A stretch of DNA of 63,988 nt, filler included, from Polymyxa betae A26-41 (taxonomy: Eukaryota; Protista; Endomyxa: Phytomyxea), in NCBI GenBank assembly GCA_003693705.1. It is 7 parts of 7 records of this genome, joined end to end, with 100 filler letters (N's around TTAATTAATTAA, not from the genome) between each part and the next. Parts side by side here need not be neighbours in the genome. Positions count along the whole stretch, not along the records: positions 46,585 to 50,528 come from RBZT01000248.1; positions 50,629 to 59,636 come from RBZT01000359.1; positions 59,737 to 63,988 come from RBZT01000612.1; 4 more parts are not named here. One strand, written 5' to 3'. Positions within the stretch are counted from its first letter, which is position 1. Each line of letters starts with the position of its first letter. Position numbers and translations under genes: made by a program. The notes under the pieces are model-generated. The model searched no databases. It was not told where the DNA came from and saw only the letters and a program-made list of their open reading frames with translations. Of the stretch, positions 48,816 to 61,621 are shown in pieces.

Positions 48816-50628
48816 TTCGTCGAATCAGTTTATCGTTTAACGATAGAGGCTCTGGGGAACGCGAAAGAACTTTCCGATGAGTTTGTCGACGACCTTGCTC
48901 GCTAGCCCGTTCGCTAGCCCGCTGACCAATATTTTTGACGAGATCCTAATTACCCTTCGACTTGAGTAGATGGCTAGACCAACATTAAAATTTCCCTTAA
49001 CTCCGGAATTTGGGCCCCACCTGAGCCCCTATCTGCAAGGCGAAAAGTCCAGTACTGGTCATATAGTCGCGTTGACCTCTTTGAAGATGGGGCGACCGAG
49101 CTCATCGACTTGGATTGTTAGCTGGCACGTATCTGATCGGTGTAGGATTGATGGACGCACTGACACTGACAATCATGACCATGACAAGAATGATTATATG
49201 AGATGATAGTAGTGATCAGGGAACGAGGCCGCGTACTCATTGTTGTATTAAGAGACTATTAAGGAGCAGAACAACACAAGATAGAGTATTAATTAGAGAG
49301 TGAATGTCAAGATCACAATTAGGATATGAAAATGAGAGGTCGGATGCAGCCAGCCATCCTTTTATATCGGGTCTGGTTGGCGAAACTTTCTAGAGATCAC
49401 TAAATGAAAAATGTGAGGAGAGACTATAGCTTCACAGATATTTGTCAGTTGAGATGGAGAAAGCGTTAGTTTTGATGTAACAAATAAAACTCAACTAAAA
49501 GGATAAAATTGAATATGACAACACAGCATTGCATCAGGTCAAAGAAACAGGAGCACGGAGGCAGGTGACTGTATTATGACCATAAAATCTTAGAATAAAG
49601 ATCAATGAATTAGTATCAGATGACAATCTTCCACTACAAATCTGCATATGCAGATTCATCATCGTCACTGTCATCCTGGTATCGCTTCCTCTGGATCTAC
49701 AACAATATGATTTACCAAAAATGGCAATCGAGCAAAAATGGAAAAAACATCGTCGATGAAGGCAAAAACTATGCAAACAGACTATCAAATGGTGCAATTG
49801 TAAAGGAAGAGGTATCATGTAATCATAAATATTATGATCTACAGCAAAACTAAAAAAAAAAGTGGAAAATACAATGCAAACCCTCTAAGCAGGGAGAAAT
49901 GAAGCGCAGATAGACGACGATGAGTTAGCATTGGGAAAGGAACGATCGGATGAGAAATCACGTTAAGCGACTTACAGTGACTTTCTGAGATTTGGAATTT
50001 TGCTCGCTCATGGCGCTAAGGAGACTTCGGATCTGACCTTCATCTACACGCTGCATGCGGCCACGTTGTGCCTGTGAGACTGTCATAGTTTGAATTAAGC
50101 GATACCAGCCTGACAAACACCACATACTTAGCTGATCTTCGATCATACGCTTCTGGTCAGGACGAACCAGGCCAATTCGATCCACTTATAAAGAAACCAA
50201 ACCGATTAGCGAGCATACCATTGCTTAATTTCGACGGAAATCGAAACGATGATAGGGCGAACTAATTCAACAAAAAAATCCATTATCAAACCTTCAAACA
50301 TTGGCGATTGAGACAAAAAACGAATGTTAAAAAATAAATGCCGAAACATACAGCGTTCACGGGCGCCTGGATCCAGAACAGCACCAAGAATCATTTGACG
50401 TCTTGCTTCAGCTCTATAGAGAAGGAGGTTATTAAAGATGGGAATCATAAATGCAGGAAATAACAATCAATGGCTTCATAATCCATCATACAACAACAAG
50501 TAAACCGAACAGGGAAAAATTAGTAAAGNNNNNNNNNNNNNNNNNNNNNNNNNNNNNNNNNNNNNNNNNNNNTTAATTAATTAANNNNNNNNNNNNNNNN
50601 NNNNNNNNNNNNNNNNNNNNNNNNNNNN

Positions 50629-52200
50629 CCCTAACTGTCACGGACTGCGCGGGTCCCCTCGTCTCCCTACTATGAATGGCGAGGAGCGGCCTCCACGCAA
50701 CCATTCCGATCAACTAAATAATTCATACGTTTCTCATCTCGTCTCCGACTCTCTATTGCTTCGTTCTCTCGCCCCGCCTCACCTCCGACTCCCCTCCGAC
50801 CTTCAATGAACTCGTTTTTTTTTCGCATCAGGCGCCCAGACTGTTTGAGAGACATCGGTGATACAACTTCGGAAGCCGAATCTAAAAAATCAAAACCCGA
50901 GATGGTATATGGATTCACTCTTCTCACGAGATATCTGTCTGATAAGAGCGGTATCCTGACAGGCGGGATTTCATTCCGCAGTAACCAATTCATCTTATAT
51001 TCTCGTGTCAGCTCACCATTCATCACCACGAGGGGGTCCAGTACGGTTCAAGGTGCGAAACAACCCGTGTAATCCAACACAAATCCAATATAATATCCCG
51101 CTTGTGAAAACAAGCTCCGATTTTGGGACCATAATCTGGATAAGTCAGATGTTTTGTTCTGCAAATCGCCTCGGTTGGCTCTCAGGGTCAGCACGATATA
51201 TTCGCGAGAGTCCGTTCGGTATTTCGGTTCACTTGCGGTCCGATTGGATTGGATTCGCCTAGTTCCGGAGAAACACTTCAACCATCAACATGGGAGGATG
51301 CGTGAGCAGAAATGTACTTCTAATGACTTGTTTGGCCAGATTTACCGTAGCTAATGATTCTTTTCACTGTTTTCTCTGCGAAGCGTACGGATAGTCGACA
51401 GCAGAACGCTGCCAGCCAAAAATCAGCCCAGGCATGAAAACCGCGTTCATTCACTTTTTGGTTTTTGCGGATTGCGCTTTGTAAAAAGCCGAAGCTGTCG
51501 GTAGCAGCATGCGATCGGGTGCTAATTCCACAAAGGAATGCGCTCGCCATATTGGTTTTTATTCAGCCAAACCGAGGAGCAGTAATCGTCCGCCTCCAGC
51601 AATCACGACCCATCCGCACGATTGAGGGATTGGACGGGAACCACCCAGATTGAACTGATCACAGGCTGGAATCAGGATCGCTGAGCCGTTCCATTTTAGC
51701 GTCCTCTAATTCGTGCTGATTGCAACGACATCTTCGAATTACTGCCTCGCTTTGATGAATCGGTAATCGATCAAGAGATTGAAGATGGTGATAGAAGCCA
51801 TGTTCGGTCGCTCAAGAATGAAACCTGCTGGATATGCTATGGTTTCGGTTATTCAAGTTTGCACGACAATAATTGAAAAAGACCAGAATAAAATCCATTT
51901 TGTGCTTGTCGAAGACTGCGCGTTCATCTTCTACTTCTGGATACTTTCGGAATTCATAATCAAACGACATCTGTCAACTTCGGACTCTGTCTTGACCTTG
52001 TTCTGCTGGAACTGCAACAGCATTCAGAAATAATGAAGCTACCGGAAACGAAATGGATGTTTGCGACGGGGGGTTCTCGTTACAGCGGCCAGAACTAGGA
52101 AGGAGTCGGGACGGGCTGTTGTCGTTCCAGAAGAAATAGAAGATCAGGTGAGAAGCAGCAAGTCACGGACTGCTTCGGTCCGGGTCGGAAATGTTTTCAC
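50629..52200 (-). pseudogene. Highly degenerate Ty3/gypsy integrase-chromodomain remnant
   Basis: ENEAIESRRRD...NYLVDRNGC chromodomain-like segment and upstream integrase-like fragments, with many stops. Confidence 0.45.
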
Positions 52201-52742
52201 CGTAAGCTGAAATAAACACCAAAAAAGCGCAGAGAAAAGGTCGAAATCGAAAGCGGGCTACAAAGTTGATGAGCGAGGAGGGATGGCGCAATCAGGGATC
52301 GGATTCCCACGGAAGAAGTCGGCAAAATCGACGAAGCTTTCACGCAGAGCCTCGAGCCCTGACACACAGCTCATTTCACCAGGCAAATAATGACGCGGGA
52401 TTGTCGTTTTTTGTTAAAAAAGTGAAAAGAGAAAACAATGTAAAATAGTAAAATGAGGGCGACTTTTCGACAGCAATTGGAGAATATTACAGGATTGAGA
52501 GAAATGGCGCGCATTAGATGGCTGGTTGGAGAAGGGAGGATTAGCGAAAGAAAGAGTGAATGTGTTTATAAGGGCAACACAGACACAATTTATACATACA
52601 GATCAAAAGGTATTCACGAGTTATTTGGATGAGGAGGCGCTGAGGAGATCATCGAGTCAGCGACAGAATTATCACAAAAGCAGCAACAGAATAACCAATA
52701 TTAACAATCGTCTCATAGAAAAACGTCAAACTGAGAGAAAGT

Positions 52743-55591
52743 TTAACTAAAATTGCAGAAAATGGAAACCCGCATCGAAAAAAGTGAGAAAACTGACGAA
52801 GTTTGGGTTTTCCGATACTGCCGAAGACGGAAGAGCGCGTGCGAAATCTCCGCTGTTCTCAGCATGCAGCTGTTCTTGATATCCTGATGCAGCTTGTCCA
52901 GATCGAGGTTGCTGAATAAATCATCGCTCTGCACATCGGAATTGGCGATCAGATCGCAAAGGATTTCAGTCCGGAAACTGACGTCCTCCGTGACCAGCTC
53001 CAAGTAGACATCGCGGCCTTTGGATTTGACTAAAACGACGTTGGCACGCCGAAACAGTTTGCACCATTGACGCAGCCGCAAGCACTCAAGCAGATGGCGG
53101 CGGCATCGCGGCTCCACCAGCAAGGCGATCTCCTGAAGAATGCCATCGTCGCAGCCCTCAACCCTAAGCCCAGCTTCAGTGCGCCAATAACAAGAGAAAC
53201 CGGGTGATTTGCGAAAGCAGAAAACATAAAGTCGAAAAGGAAAGTGCGTAACAAATTCCAAAACGCGAACAAGAGGAAAAGATGGGATCGTGGTTGAAAG
53301 CGAATAAAACACGCGAGAGAGCAAACACTGCGTGACAGTGACAAAAGAAAAAGTGCGAAAATCGCACAATTGCGTAATCTGCGAAAGTAGAAAAAATGCA
53401 GTCGAAAAGTAAAGTGCGTGGCAAATTTCAAAAACGCGAAAATAAGAAAACAACAAGCGTAAAAGCATATACTGCGTGACAGTGACAGAGTGAAAAAATG
53501 CGAGCTCGATTAAGACTCAAATGTAAAAAGTGCGAGCAACAGTGAAAAGTGCGAAGGAAAGTGACAAATGCGTCAGTGAAGACGCTTACTGCAGAAGAAG
53601 CTTGAGGGCGTCGCCGCTATCCGCATTGGGCCCGACATTCTTGGCCAGATAGCTGAGCAGCTTGAGGTGATTCGAGTCGCGCTTAAACAGCTCACGATGA
53701 TGCCGCGCCAGGGCGTGTACGATCCTTGACAGCTCCTGGGGAGACGAGAGCGAATTGCGCTGATTAGCGCGTCCGACTTGGACGGAAAATTGCAGGACTT
53801 GAAGCAGAACCAGGGCGTACTGCTTCCCGAACACAGGATGCGATAGCCTGCGTTAGAGTAAGCTAAACCATGAGAGAGAAGGAGAAGGGGCGGACCTGGC
53901 GTCGTCGATGGTGTGGTTTTGGATGTCTTCAAGGCGCAGGGCCAGATCGATCTGCATCTCGACAGATTCGCGGATTGCTTCGAGCAGAGCGTCGATCTTA
54001 TCGGAGATGGCGCTGGGAAGATTGGCCGGAATCGAATTACAGCAGCTGCGAAAGAAGCAATCAATAAGCATTTTGGAATAAAATGAATGTAAAATTATCC
54101 ATAGCGAAATACGGCATAAAGGCAAAGAAAATAATGATGAAAATTCGAAAGAGGAATGAATGGGTTAGGTTTTAGGGTTTATGGCTTTTGCTTACGATCT
54201 GTCAGCAACGGCGATGAAGGCCGCTGTTAAAAGGTCGCTATCGACGCGATGAAGGAAGGCCCCAAACCACCCAATCTCGATCAATTCAATATGGGATGAC
54301 AGGAACGAAACCCGATCCGAAGGCGACAGCTGTCTGTCGCCGACAATGATTCGTTTCAGGAGCTGAATGGTTTCGGACGACTGCAAATATCTGACGGCGT
54401 CGTTAGCGACTCTGATCAATCAAAAATGCGGAAATGGCTGAAACACTGAGAAAGGAAGCAAAAAACTGATATTGAGACATTGAAGCGTCACTGCAATGAT
54501 AATCAACGAGAAAACAGAATCAGGAATGCTGGAAAACAACTGAAAATTGGAAACATTAATTCTGAAGATTATGAGAAAACACCAGAAAATATTATAGAAC
54601 GCGACTCCATTGATAAGCTCAATGGGAAGAAAAGTTGATGAAGAAAATATCAAAGTTTGAGAATTGTGAAAAAAAATGACAAAACGCGACTCACGGAAGC
54701 AGCAGAAGATGAAGAAAGGTCCTCTCGTCGGGAGTCAGATTCTGATTCGATCCGTAAATGATTTTAAGACTGGAAGCGATGAGCTGTTTCCAGAGCACTT
54801 TAGTCGTCAGCAGATTGGATAGCGGCAAACCGAGGCGATTTGCGAATGTTGACACGGCGTTTATGTAGCCTTTCTGCAGGGAGATCTTGATGTCCTTGGC
54901 ACCGAATAGAGCGAGTCGGAACGTATCACGAAGGTCATAGGCGTTCGCGTTCAGAGCAGAGAGATTCTCTAAAACCCGCCAGATTGCAGAACCCTCACTA
55001 TAACACGTTTGTCACGACGAAAAGAGAAAAAGATTAAAACAAAAAAGGTTGACAAAGTACCGAATAAACAAACACAGCTTGTATTTGTGTAAAACAAAAA
55101 AAGCGAAAATTGGTTCGAGTTCATGAAGAAAGTTAGAAAGCATCTAAAGTATAAAGAACCGAAAACAAAAAAGCGATAAAAAATGCGCAAATATTTGAGA
55201 AAAGACGACACAAATTTGTAAAAGAGAGTTAATCTGTTGAGAATAATCTATAAAAAAAAACTTTACACGAAAAGTTGTACCATTGTTGACGGAGAAGACG
55301 GCGGGATTGATCGGATCCGAGTTTGCCTTTCGCATCATCGAGAGACGGAATGAGAGCGTAGACCGTCACGAGATCTTCCTCGGGCTCCGGGACATCATCG
55401 CTCACGGTCACGCTCGACACCGACGTCGACACGGCCCTCTTGGACGTTCCGCACAAAGTCGACGCCGTCACCGTGGCATCGATGATGCAGTCCTTGGAGG
55501 CGCCGCAGATCGGGACCGCCGCCGTCATGCCCAACAGGGCCGCCAGGGCCAGCACGCTGAGCCAGAGACAGCAGCCACCTGCTGAAACCAT
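52743..55591 (-). CDS. Secreted hypothetical protein, approx. 5 exons
   Basis: Signal peptide MVSAGGCCLWLSVLALAALLGMTAA; GC-rich exons (approx. 55591-55281, 54970-54710, 54419-54196, 54045-53590, 53175-52743) separated by pyrimidine-rich GT-AG introns. Confidence 0.65.
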
Positions 55592-56774
55592 TCCGCTCTC
55601 GTGAAATGCGAATGTGAGAGGAGCTCGAGAGGAAGTCCGTGACGGACTGCGCAATGGGCTGCTCTCAGTCACATCCCTTGAGCTGATCCAAGCCAGCGGC
55701 TCGGTCCTATCTACTGACGATGTCAGCAGAGATTTCGTTAAACCCTAAACCCTAATGAAAATGCATTCGCACTCCCGAGTCAGCTGTGTAGACTGGAGCT
55801 ATACGAATCGATATCATGATTCCAGGCGATATTTTATTGATGACTGAATACGGATTCGTAGAATTTTTCAACACTACAATTGTTGGAGCTAAGACAAAAA
55901 TAATTGTAGATTGACATCCATGGGCAAGGATTACGCAGAGTGTGTTGAAGCTGCTGAACTCCAAACCCTAACCCCAGTTTCGCCATCCCAATCAGACGAT
56001 TCAATCTGCAGTGACGGGGCCGAATTCGCACTTTGACCTGACCTGACTTTGTATCGCTTCCATGAAAATCACTTTCGGATAGACTCTCGCTCATACTGGC
56101 CCGTCAATGGTACCGACAGCTCACCTCCGTCCTACCACGAGATCATCCATGAACCATCTCTGATATCGAGACGATCAAGTGCTGATCTCGCAAATCGCTC
56201 CAATTCGCCCGTGACAACCGCCCCGTCGTCGTGGACGCACCATCGGCACCCGAATCGCGAATCGTGTCGTGGAAGTCGTAATGGACCCGGGCGGCGAATG
56301 GGACCCAGGCGTCTGTTACAGACCTACAGGTTGCCGAGTGGCCGTGTTGCATTTTGCTCGTCTTGAGGGAATCTTAAGACAGGATCCAACAGCATCGATC
56401 CAAACCCATGCTGCCTCCCATCATGGCCATTTTTCTGCGATGTGCTGAAAGAGTCATTGCTGTTTATTCAATTTTGCTTTTTACAGCACGTATCACATTC
56501 TAGTCGCTTGAGAATTCAACGGAAGCAGAAAAAATGGAATCTTTGGCGCGGAGGTTTAGCATCATGGTGCGCGACAGCAGAAGCATGTATGGGGGCTGCG
56601 ACCCCTGTGATAATATTGACTGGTGATGGACGTGATCAGACTGAACGGTAATGAAGCATCCTGGAGATTCATCATATTATATAGAATAAGATATGTATTA
56701 AAATAAATCAGAAAGAATCTTAATTCGATTACTGGGACAAACCACACAGAGCGCTCTGTAGCGGTGCTTGCCTC

Positions 56775-58256
56775 ATGTCGAACGATCTCAGCAATAACAA
56801 CTCAACAGCCAGTGAGGTTCACCCTGATGATGAACCTATGCCAGAGGTCAACAATAGCTCTGTCGTTACACCATCGAATGATGAGAATGGGCAAGATCCT
56901 GTGCATTCAAACTCTGCATCGAGATCAAATCTTGCTTCAAATGAGTCATCGAGTCATCAATCGGCTGTTTTAGTGAAACCTGGCGAGCCGACTGTTTTGA
57001 AGACTTTAGATATTCGAGATATTGTCACATTTCGTCAAAAGCACACTCGCTACTGTGAAATTCTGGAATACGCTCGACGTCAGGGAGCTGGACCAACTGC
57101 ATTGCCTCAGAGTATTCTGACAATGATTGAACCGAGTTTATTATCTGTTATTTGTAAACGCCTACTGTTGGTCGATCGGAAAGATTTGACAGATGAAGCG
57201 TTTAACAAATGGTTGGATCAATATCTGGAGAGTGACACTTCTACGCATCGTGAAATACCTTCTATAATGGCCTCTGAACTCAAGTATAATCTGAAAATAA
57301 AGCCGCGAGTGCGGGTTATAGACCTGATCAAGCAAATGGATAATCTTTTTGAGCTCTACAATTGGCAGAAAGTTTTTTCTGGGACTGCCCAAGGCAATAA
57401 GAACTATGTACGTTTTTTAATTGAAGCCTTGCAACCGAAAGCTTTTCGGGAGGAAATGATGTCACAAGTTCGTTTTCGAAACCCTGCCATTGAAGAAAAT
57501 CATGATGCCTTCACAGTCGAATTGATTCGGCAGGTGGAGAACTTTGAGCATTATTTACTCGATCAGGAGCGTTGGAAGGCCCATGGTCCTTTTGGGTCCA
57601 AGCGTCCTTCACAGAATTATCGTGGAGATAATCGTTGCGAGGCGAAGAAACCTCGGACAGTCATCACTTGTTTAAAATGCCACACCGCTGGCCACCACAT
57701 GAAAGTATGCCCGGAGAAGCCATCCGAGGCTGAGCAGCGGAAGCTCATTCAACAGTACAAACTGGGGAAGAAGGAATTTAAAAATAAAGCTCATCCCACT
57801 TCTCGTTATATTTGGCTGGCGAAAATAGTAGACGATAATCTTTCAAATGTGGGAGTAGTTAAAGTACTATTGGCCAATGGCCGTGCCGTGTGTCGAGGAG
57901 TCCTTGATAGCGGCGCTGAAGCAACTATAGTTTCGGGAAGACTTCTAAATGATTTAAAATCTAATATCCCGAACCTAAAAGTAAATATACTAGAGAATCC
58001 AATACAGATGGAGATGCCTAATGGCATTAAGGACACGATTACTCACTGTATTGAGTTAGATGTTTTATTAGAAACCCAACTTGGTCAGTTACTAGTTTCG
58101 AAACAGCTTTGTCTGATTTGGCAAGATATGACTGAAGATATTCTGCTTGGAAATGATCTATTGATTTCATTAGGAATCAATCCAAAGGACGCATTAGAAT
58201 CTCTAATTGCTGTTAATAATGATACTAATGAAAATACTTTATCGACCAAAGTTTAA
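56775..58256 (+). CDS. Gypsy Gag-protease ORF
   Basis: 493-aa ORF with CCHC zinc knuckle and DSG aspartic protease. Confidence 0.9.
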   Translation: MSNDLSNNNSTASEVHPDDEPMPEVNNSSVVTPSNDENGQDPVHSNSASRSNLASNESSSHQSAVLVKPGEPTVLKTLDIRDIVTFRQKHTRYCEILEYARRQGAGPTALPQSILTMIEPSLLSVICKRLLLVDRKDLTDEAFNKWLDQYLESDTSTHREIPSIMASELKYNLKIKPRVRVIDLIKQMDNLFELYNWQKVFSGTAQGNKNYVRFLIEALQPKAFREEMMSQVRFRNPAIEENHDAFTVELIRQVENFEHYLLDQERWKAHGPFGSKRPSQNYRGDNRCEAKKPRTVITCLKCHTAGHHMKVCPEKPSEAEQRKLIQQYKLGKKEFKNKAHPTSRYIWLAKIVDDNLSNVGVVKVLLANGRAVCRGVLDSGAEATIVSGRLLNDLKSNIPNLKVNILENPIQMEMPNGIKDTITHCIELDVLLETQLGQLLVSKQLCLIWQDMTEDILLGNDLLISLGINPKDALESLIAVNNDTNENTLSTKV

Positions 58257-58259
58257 CAA

Positions 58260-59636
58260 TGCCTGATATTGGGGCAGATGAGCAGTCAGAAATCTATACC
58301 TCTTTACGAAATAAAGTTGCAGATGCATTGCAGAAAGGTATGAAACCTGACTATAAAAAAAGGTTAATGAATCTTTTGTTACTTCGAAAAAATGTATTTC
58401 GAAAAATTGGGACCTGATGCTCCAGCATCGGTGACACCATTTATGACAAATTTGAGAAATGGATCACATCCTGTAAAATGTAGAGCTCGACAATATTCCA
58501 AAGAGCAGAGTGAATTTCTGAAAGAATTCACTGATCAGCTAAAAAAGTTTGGACTCATTTATGAAAACTATAATTGTGAATGGTCGAGCCCTGTACAAGT
58601 TGTTAAGAAGGAGAAAGGCTATCGAACGGTCATCGACCTAAGAGCTGTAAACGCTCAGTGTGAGCTTACTATTTGGCCGATGCCTTTCCTGGAATCGATA
58701 GTTCAATACTTATCGCATTCTAAACATTATTTTTTATTGGACGCTTTCAAAGGCTTTTGGATTATGCCATTGGATAGCAGATGTAGAGAAATATTTTCGT
58801 TTATGACAGATCGAGGAGTCTTTACTCCCACTCGATCCATACAGGGTGCGTCCAATTCAACAACCCAATTCCAGGCCCGAATGGTGGAAAAGTTTTCAGA
58901 ACTACTCTACCACAATCTGATCATTTGGATCGATGACCTATTAGGTCATGCTGACACGGAAGCTACTTGGTTTCGGATTTTAAGCCGGACGTTAGAATTA
59001 GCAGAGAAGTATAATCTCAAATTCAATATTGATAAATGTCAATTTTATTTGAAGGAAGTAAAATTCTGTGGGCGTATATTCAGCCCTAAAGGAGTGAGAC
59101 ATGATTCATCTCGTATTCAAGCCTTGATTGAGATGCCAGTTCCCACTCGAGCCAATGAGTTACAGCAGATTCTCATGGCGTCGCAATGGATGTCCCGGTC
59201 GATACCTAATTATAATCAAATTGTGGTTCCTCTCCAGGATATCCTTGAAGACGCTATGAAATTGCAGCCACGCCGGACTAAGAAAGCAGCCAGCCGAATT
59301 TGTTTACAGCAATTTGGTTGGAATGATGTTCACACATCAGCTTTCGAGGCTTTAAAAAGTGCTATATCTAATACAGTAGAACTAGCATATCCTAAAGAGA
59401 ATTTGATTCAATGCGTTTTTTGTGACGCAAGCTATTATGCAAGTTCAGGTCTTGTGACGCAGATTCCACCTGAAGATCTTGACTGCCCAATTTCAGAGCA
59501 GCATCATCAACCGTTAGGCTTTGTCGGACATCGATTTAATGGCTCTGAATTAAATTGGGCCACAGTGGATAAAGAAGCTTTTGCTATAAGAGATACACTA
59601 AAAAAGCTGACATATTTATTACATATGCAACAGCCA
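58260..59636 (+). pseudogene. Gypsy Pol RT/RNase H (frameshift near 58390)
   Basis: RT and RNase H motifs; truncated by gap. Confidence 0.9.
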
Positions 59637-59736
59637 NNNNNNNNNNNNNNNNNNNNNNNNNNNNNNNNNNNNNNNNNNNNTTAATTAATTAANNNNNNNN
59701 NNNNNNNNNNNNNNNNNNNNNNNNNNNNNNNNNNNN

Positions 59737-61557
59737 AGCGCTTCATTGATGGCGTCACAGTTACTGGACCTAAAGTCCATTCTTTCCTCAGGACTGTTTT
59801 GAACAGACCGAACAAACGACAAAGAGGTGCCGTTATTGGATACTCGTCGCTGAAAGCTTATGGAGCCGCATGCATTGATTTATACAATCAACAGAAGTTC
59901 CTGAATACAAACTCGAATCCTCACCATCGTGACTGTCCTGCGTTGAAACATCTCTTCCGATTTGCTCGAAATACTACGCACGCCCTCAACAGAGCAAACT
60001 TCTCTGATCGTGGCGCTGGCACGTTACAAGATGGATACACCACGATTGAAGAGCTGCAGAGAATATGCAGTCATTTTACTTCTCAGAATAGCTTATCGGG
60101 TGTAAGGAACAAGCTCGTTCTTGCTTTGCCATTTCTGCCTGTTAAGAGGCGAAAGCGTCCGACGATGTGAGCTTGCTGACTTCTTCGCACTGGATTTGGA
60201 GAATGAAGGTTATACGCCGTGCAAGGCCTTGATTGTAGTGATGGATCGAGGCAAAACAAATCAATTTGGCCGGAAAAAACTTGGAGCGTGTATTCGGCAT
60301 AAGAATCCAGAAGTCTGTGCCATTGGCTGTCTTGGATTCTATTTCTTGCGGCTTTGGCATCTGGATCTTGTTCCAGCTCCGAACCTAACCACAAGTAGGC
60401 ATTGGTTTGATCTGAAACTGATACCCGGAAGGAAAGGACCATCTTCAGAAATTACGTACCAGACCCACTTAAATGGCATCAGGGAATGTTTCACATCTTT
60501 GGGAATCACCACTAAAGCCAAAACGCATGTTGGACGTGGATCAGGCGCGCGTATGGCAGAGCTTGGTGGTGCCGAAGAAGCAGATATACGCCGTTTAGGG
60601 CGTTGGAATGCTCAAGCATTAGCTGGATGTTATTTATCGGCTTTACCTCGTGCCGCTATCCGAACGATGGCTGGATTTCCGCCTCAATCAGGGCAGTATT
60701 ATTTGAAGCGAGCAAATACAGTGCCCAGCGAACTGCTTCAGCGCCAAATATTCCCATTTATTGAAGACTATTTGAACGATGTCGTAGATTATGAGAAGAC
60801 TCTAGCTGTTCAAGGGTTTTTACGACTGTTACAGTATCTCCGAATTGTCATTCTTCAGGATGCTGCTGTTCTGATTGAGAAGTTCCCCAATGATGCCTTG
60901 TTCGCATTGCCTGTTTTTCAATCGGTGCCGTTTCGCGAATTCCAGCAACATGTACAAAGAAATTTGGATGCAAGCGATCCGACCGAGATGAGATTGCAAA
61001 ACGCCATGCCAGATCTGTCAGCCAAAATCGACAGTACCCATGGCTCAATCGTGGCCAAAATCGCCGAGCTACGCCAAGAGTCTTCAGAAGCAAGAGAAAT
61101 CATTAGTCGTTTATCCTCAGAGCTAAATGATTTGATCTCGGGACGTGCCCCTATATTCATAAATCGTGCTCAAGCAAATGAACCGGTGCCGCTATCGATG
61201 GCTACTGAGGAAAGAACAGAGCTACCACCCCAGGCTGACAGCTCACCTTGTGATGCCCCTCCCCCCGTTCCTCATTATAAACTGTCGAGAAACCTATTCA
61301 CCGTCGATGAAGTTTGGATGGAATTTAAGATCGGTCTTGGTGGCCACCCAAGTGTTGAATCGCTCGAGCAGAGGTATGGCGCCCGGTGGAGATCGCCTGA
61401 CACGGAGAGGAAGTTCTTTTCTAGACGAAACAAGATATACCAAAAGATCGCTGCCAGTATTGCAGAAGGGCAATCTGAAGCTGCGGCTGTGAAAGTACTT
61501 GAAGATCTTCGAAATGCAAACAACTGGTCGTTGGATAAACTTCAAAAGCAATTATAA
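59737..61557 (+). mobile_element. CryptonF-like tyrosine recombinase (NDC10-II-like YR + GCR1_C); one frameshift near 60120
   Basis: LLRGE (R), GKTNQFG (K), RHKNPEVCAIG, THVGR (HxxR), LGRW, CYL (Y); C-terminal YKLSR...TVDEVWMEF...SVESLEQRYGARWR...RKFFSRR GCR1_C. Confidence 0.9.
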
Positions 61558-61621
61558 AAAATATATTTAGAACGCAGATTTAAGCAATCAGTTTGTAACT
61601 GTGATAGTTTTGCTCTTAAAT

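Larger units (their letters stand above)
56345..59636 (+). mobile_element. Ty3/gypsy LTR retrotransposon, 5' part (LTR, gag-PR, RT-RNase H), cut by gap
   Basis: Candidate LTR TGTTGCA...GCATCA 56345-56564 followed by PBS-like TGGTGCGCG; CLKCHTAGHHMKVC knuckle; LDSGA protease; RT WSSPV, IDLRAVN, LDAFKGFW, WIDD; RNase H FCDAS, DKEAFAI. Confidence 0.93.

Noticed and set aside
52743-53468. Phe-rich hydrophobic ORFs resembling membrane proteins (also 54420-55338, 6146-6340)
   Set aside because: Translations of T-rich introns.
22862-59736. Repeated TTAATTAATTAA motif between N runs
   Set aside because: Artificial contig linker; adjacency across these gaps (e.g. gypsy next to Crypton) cannot be trusted.
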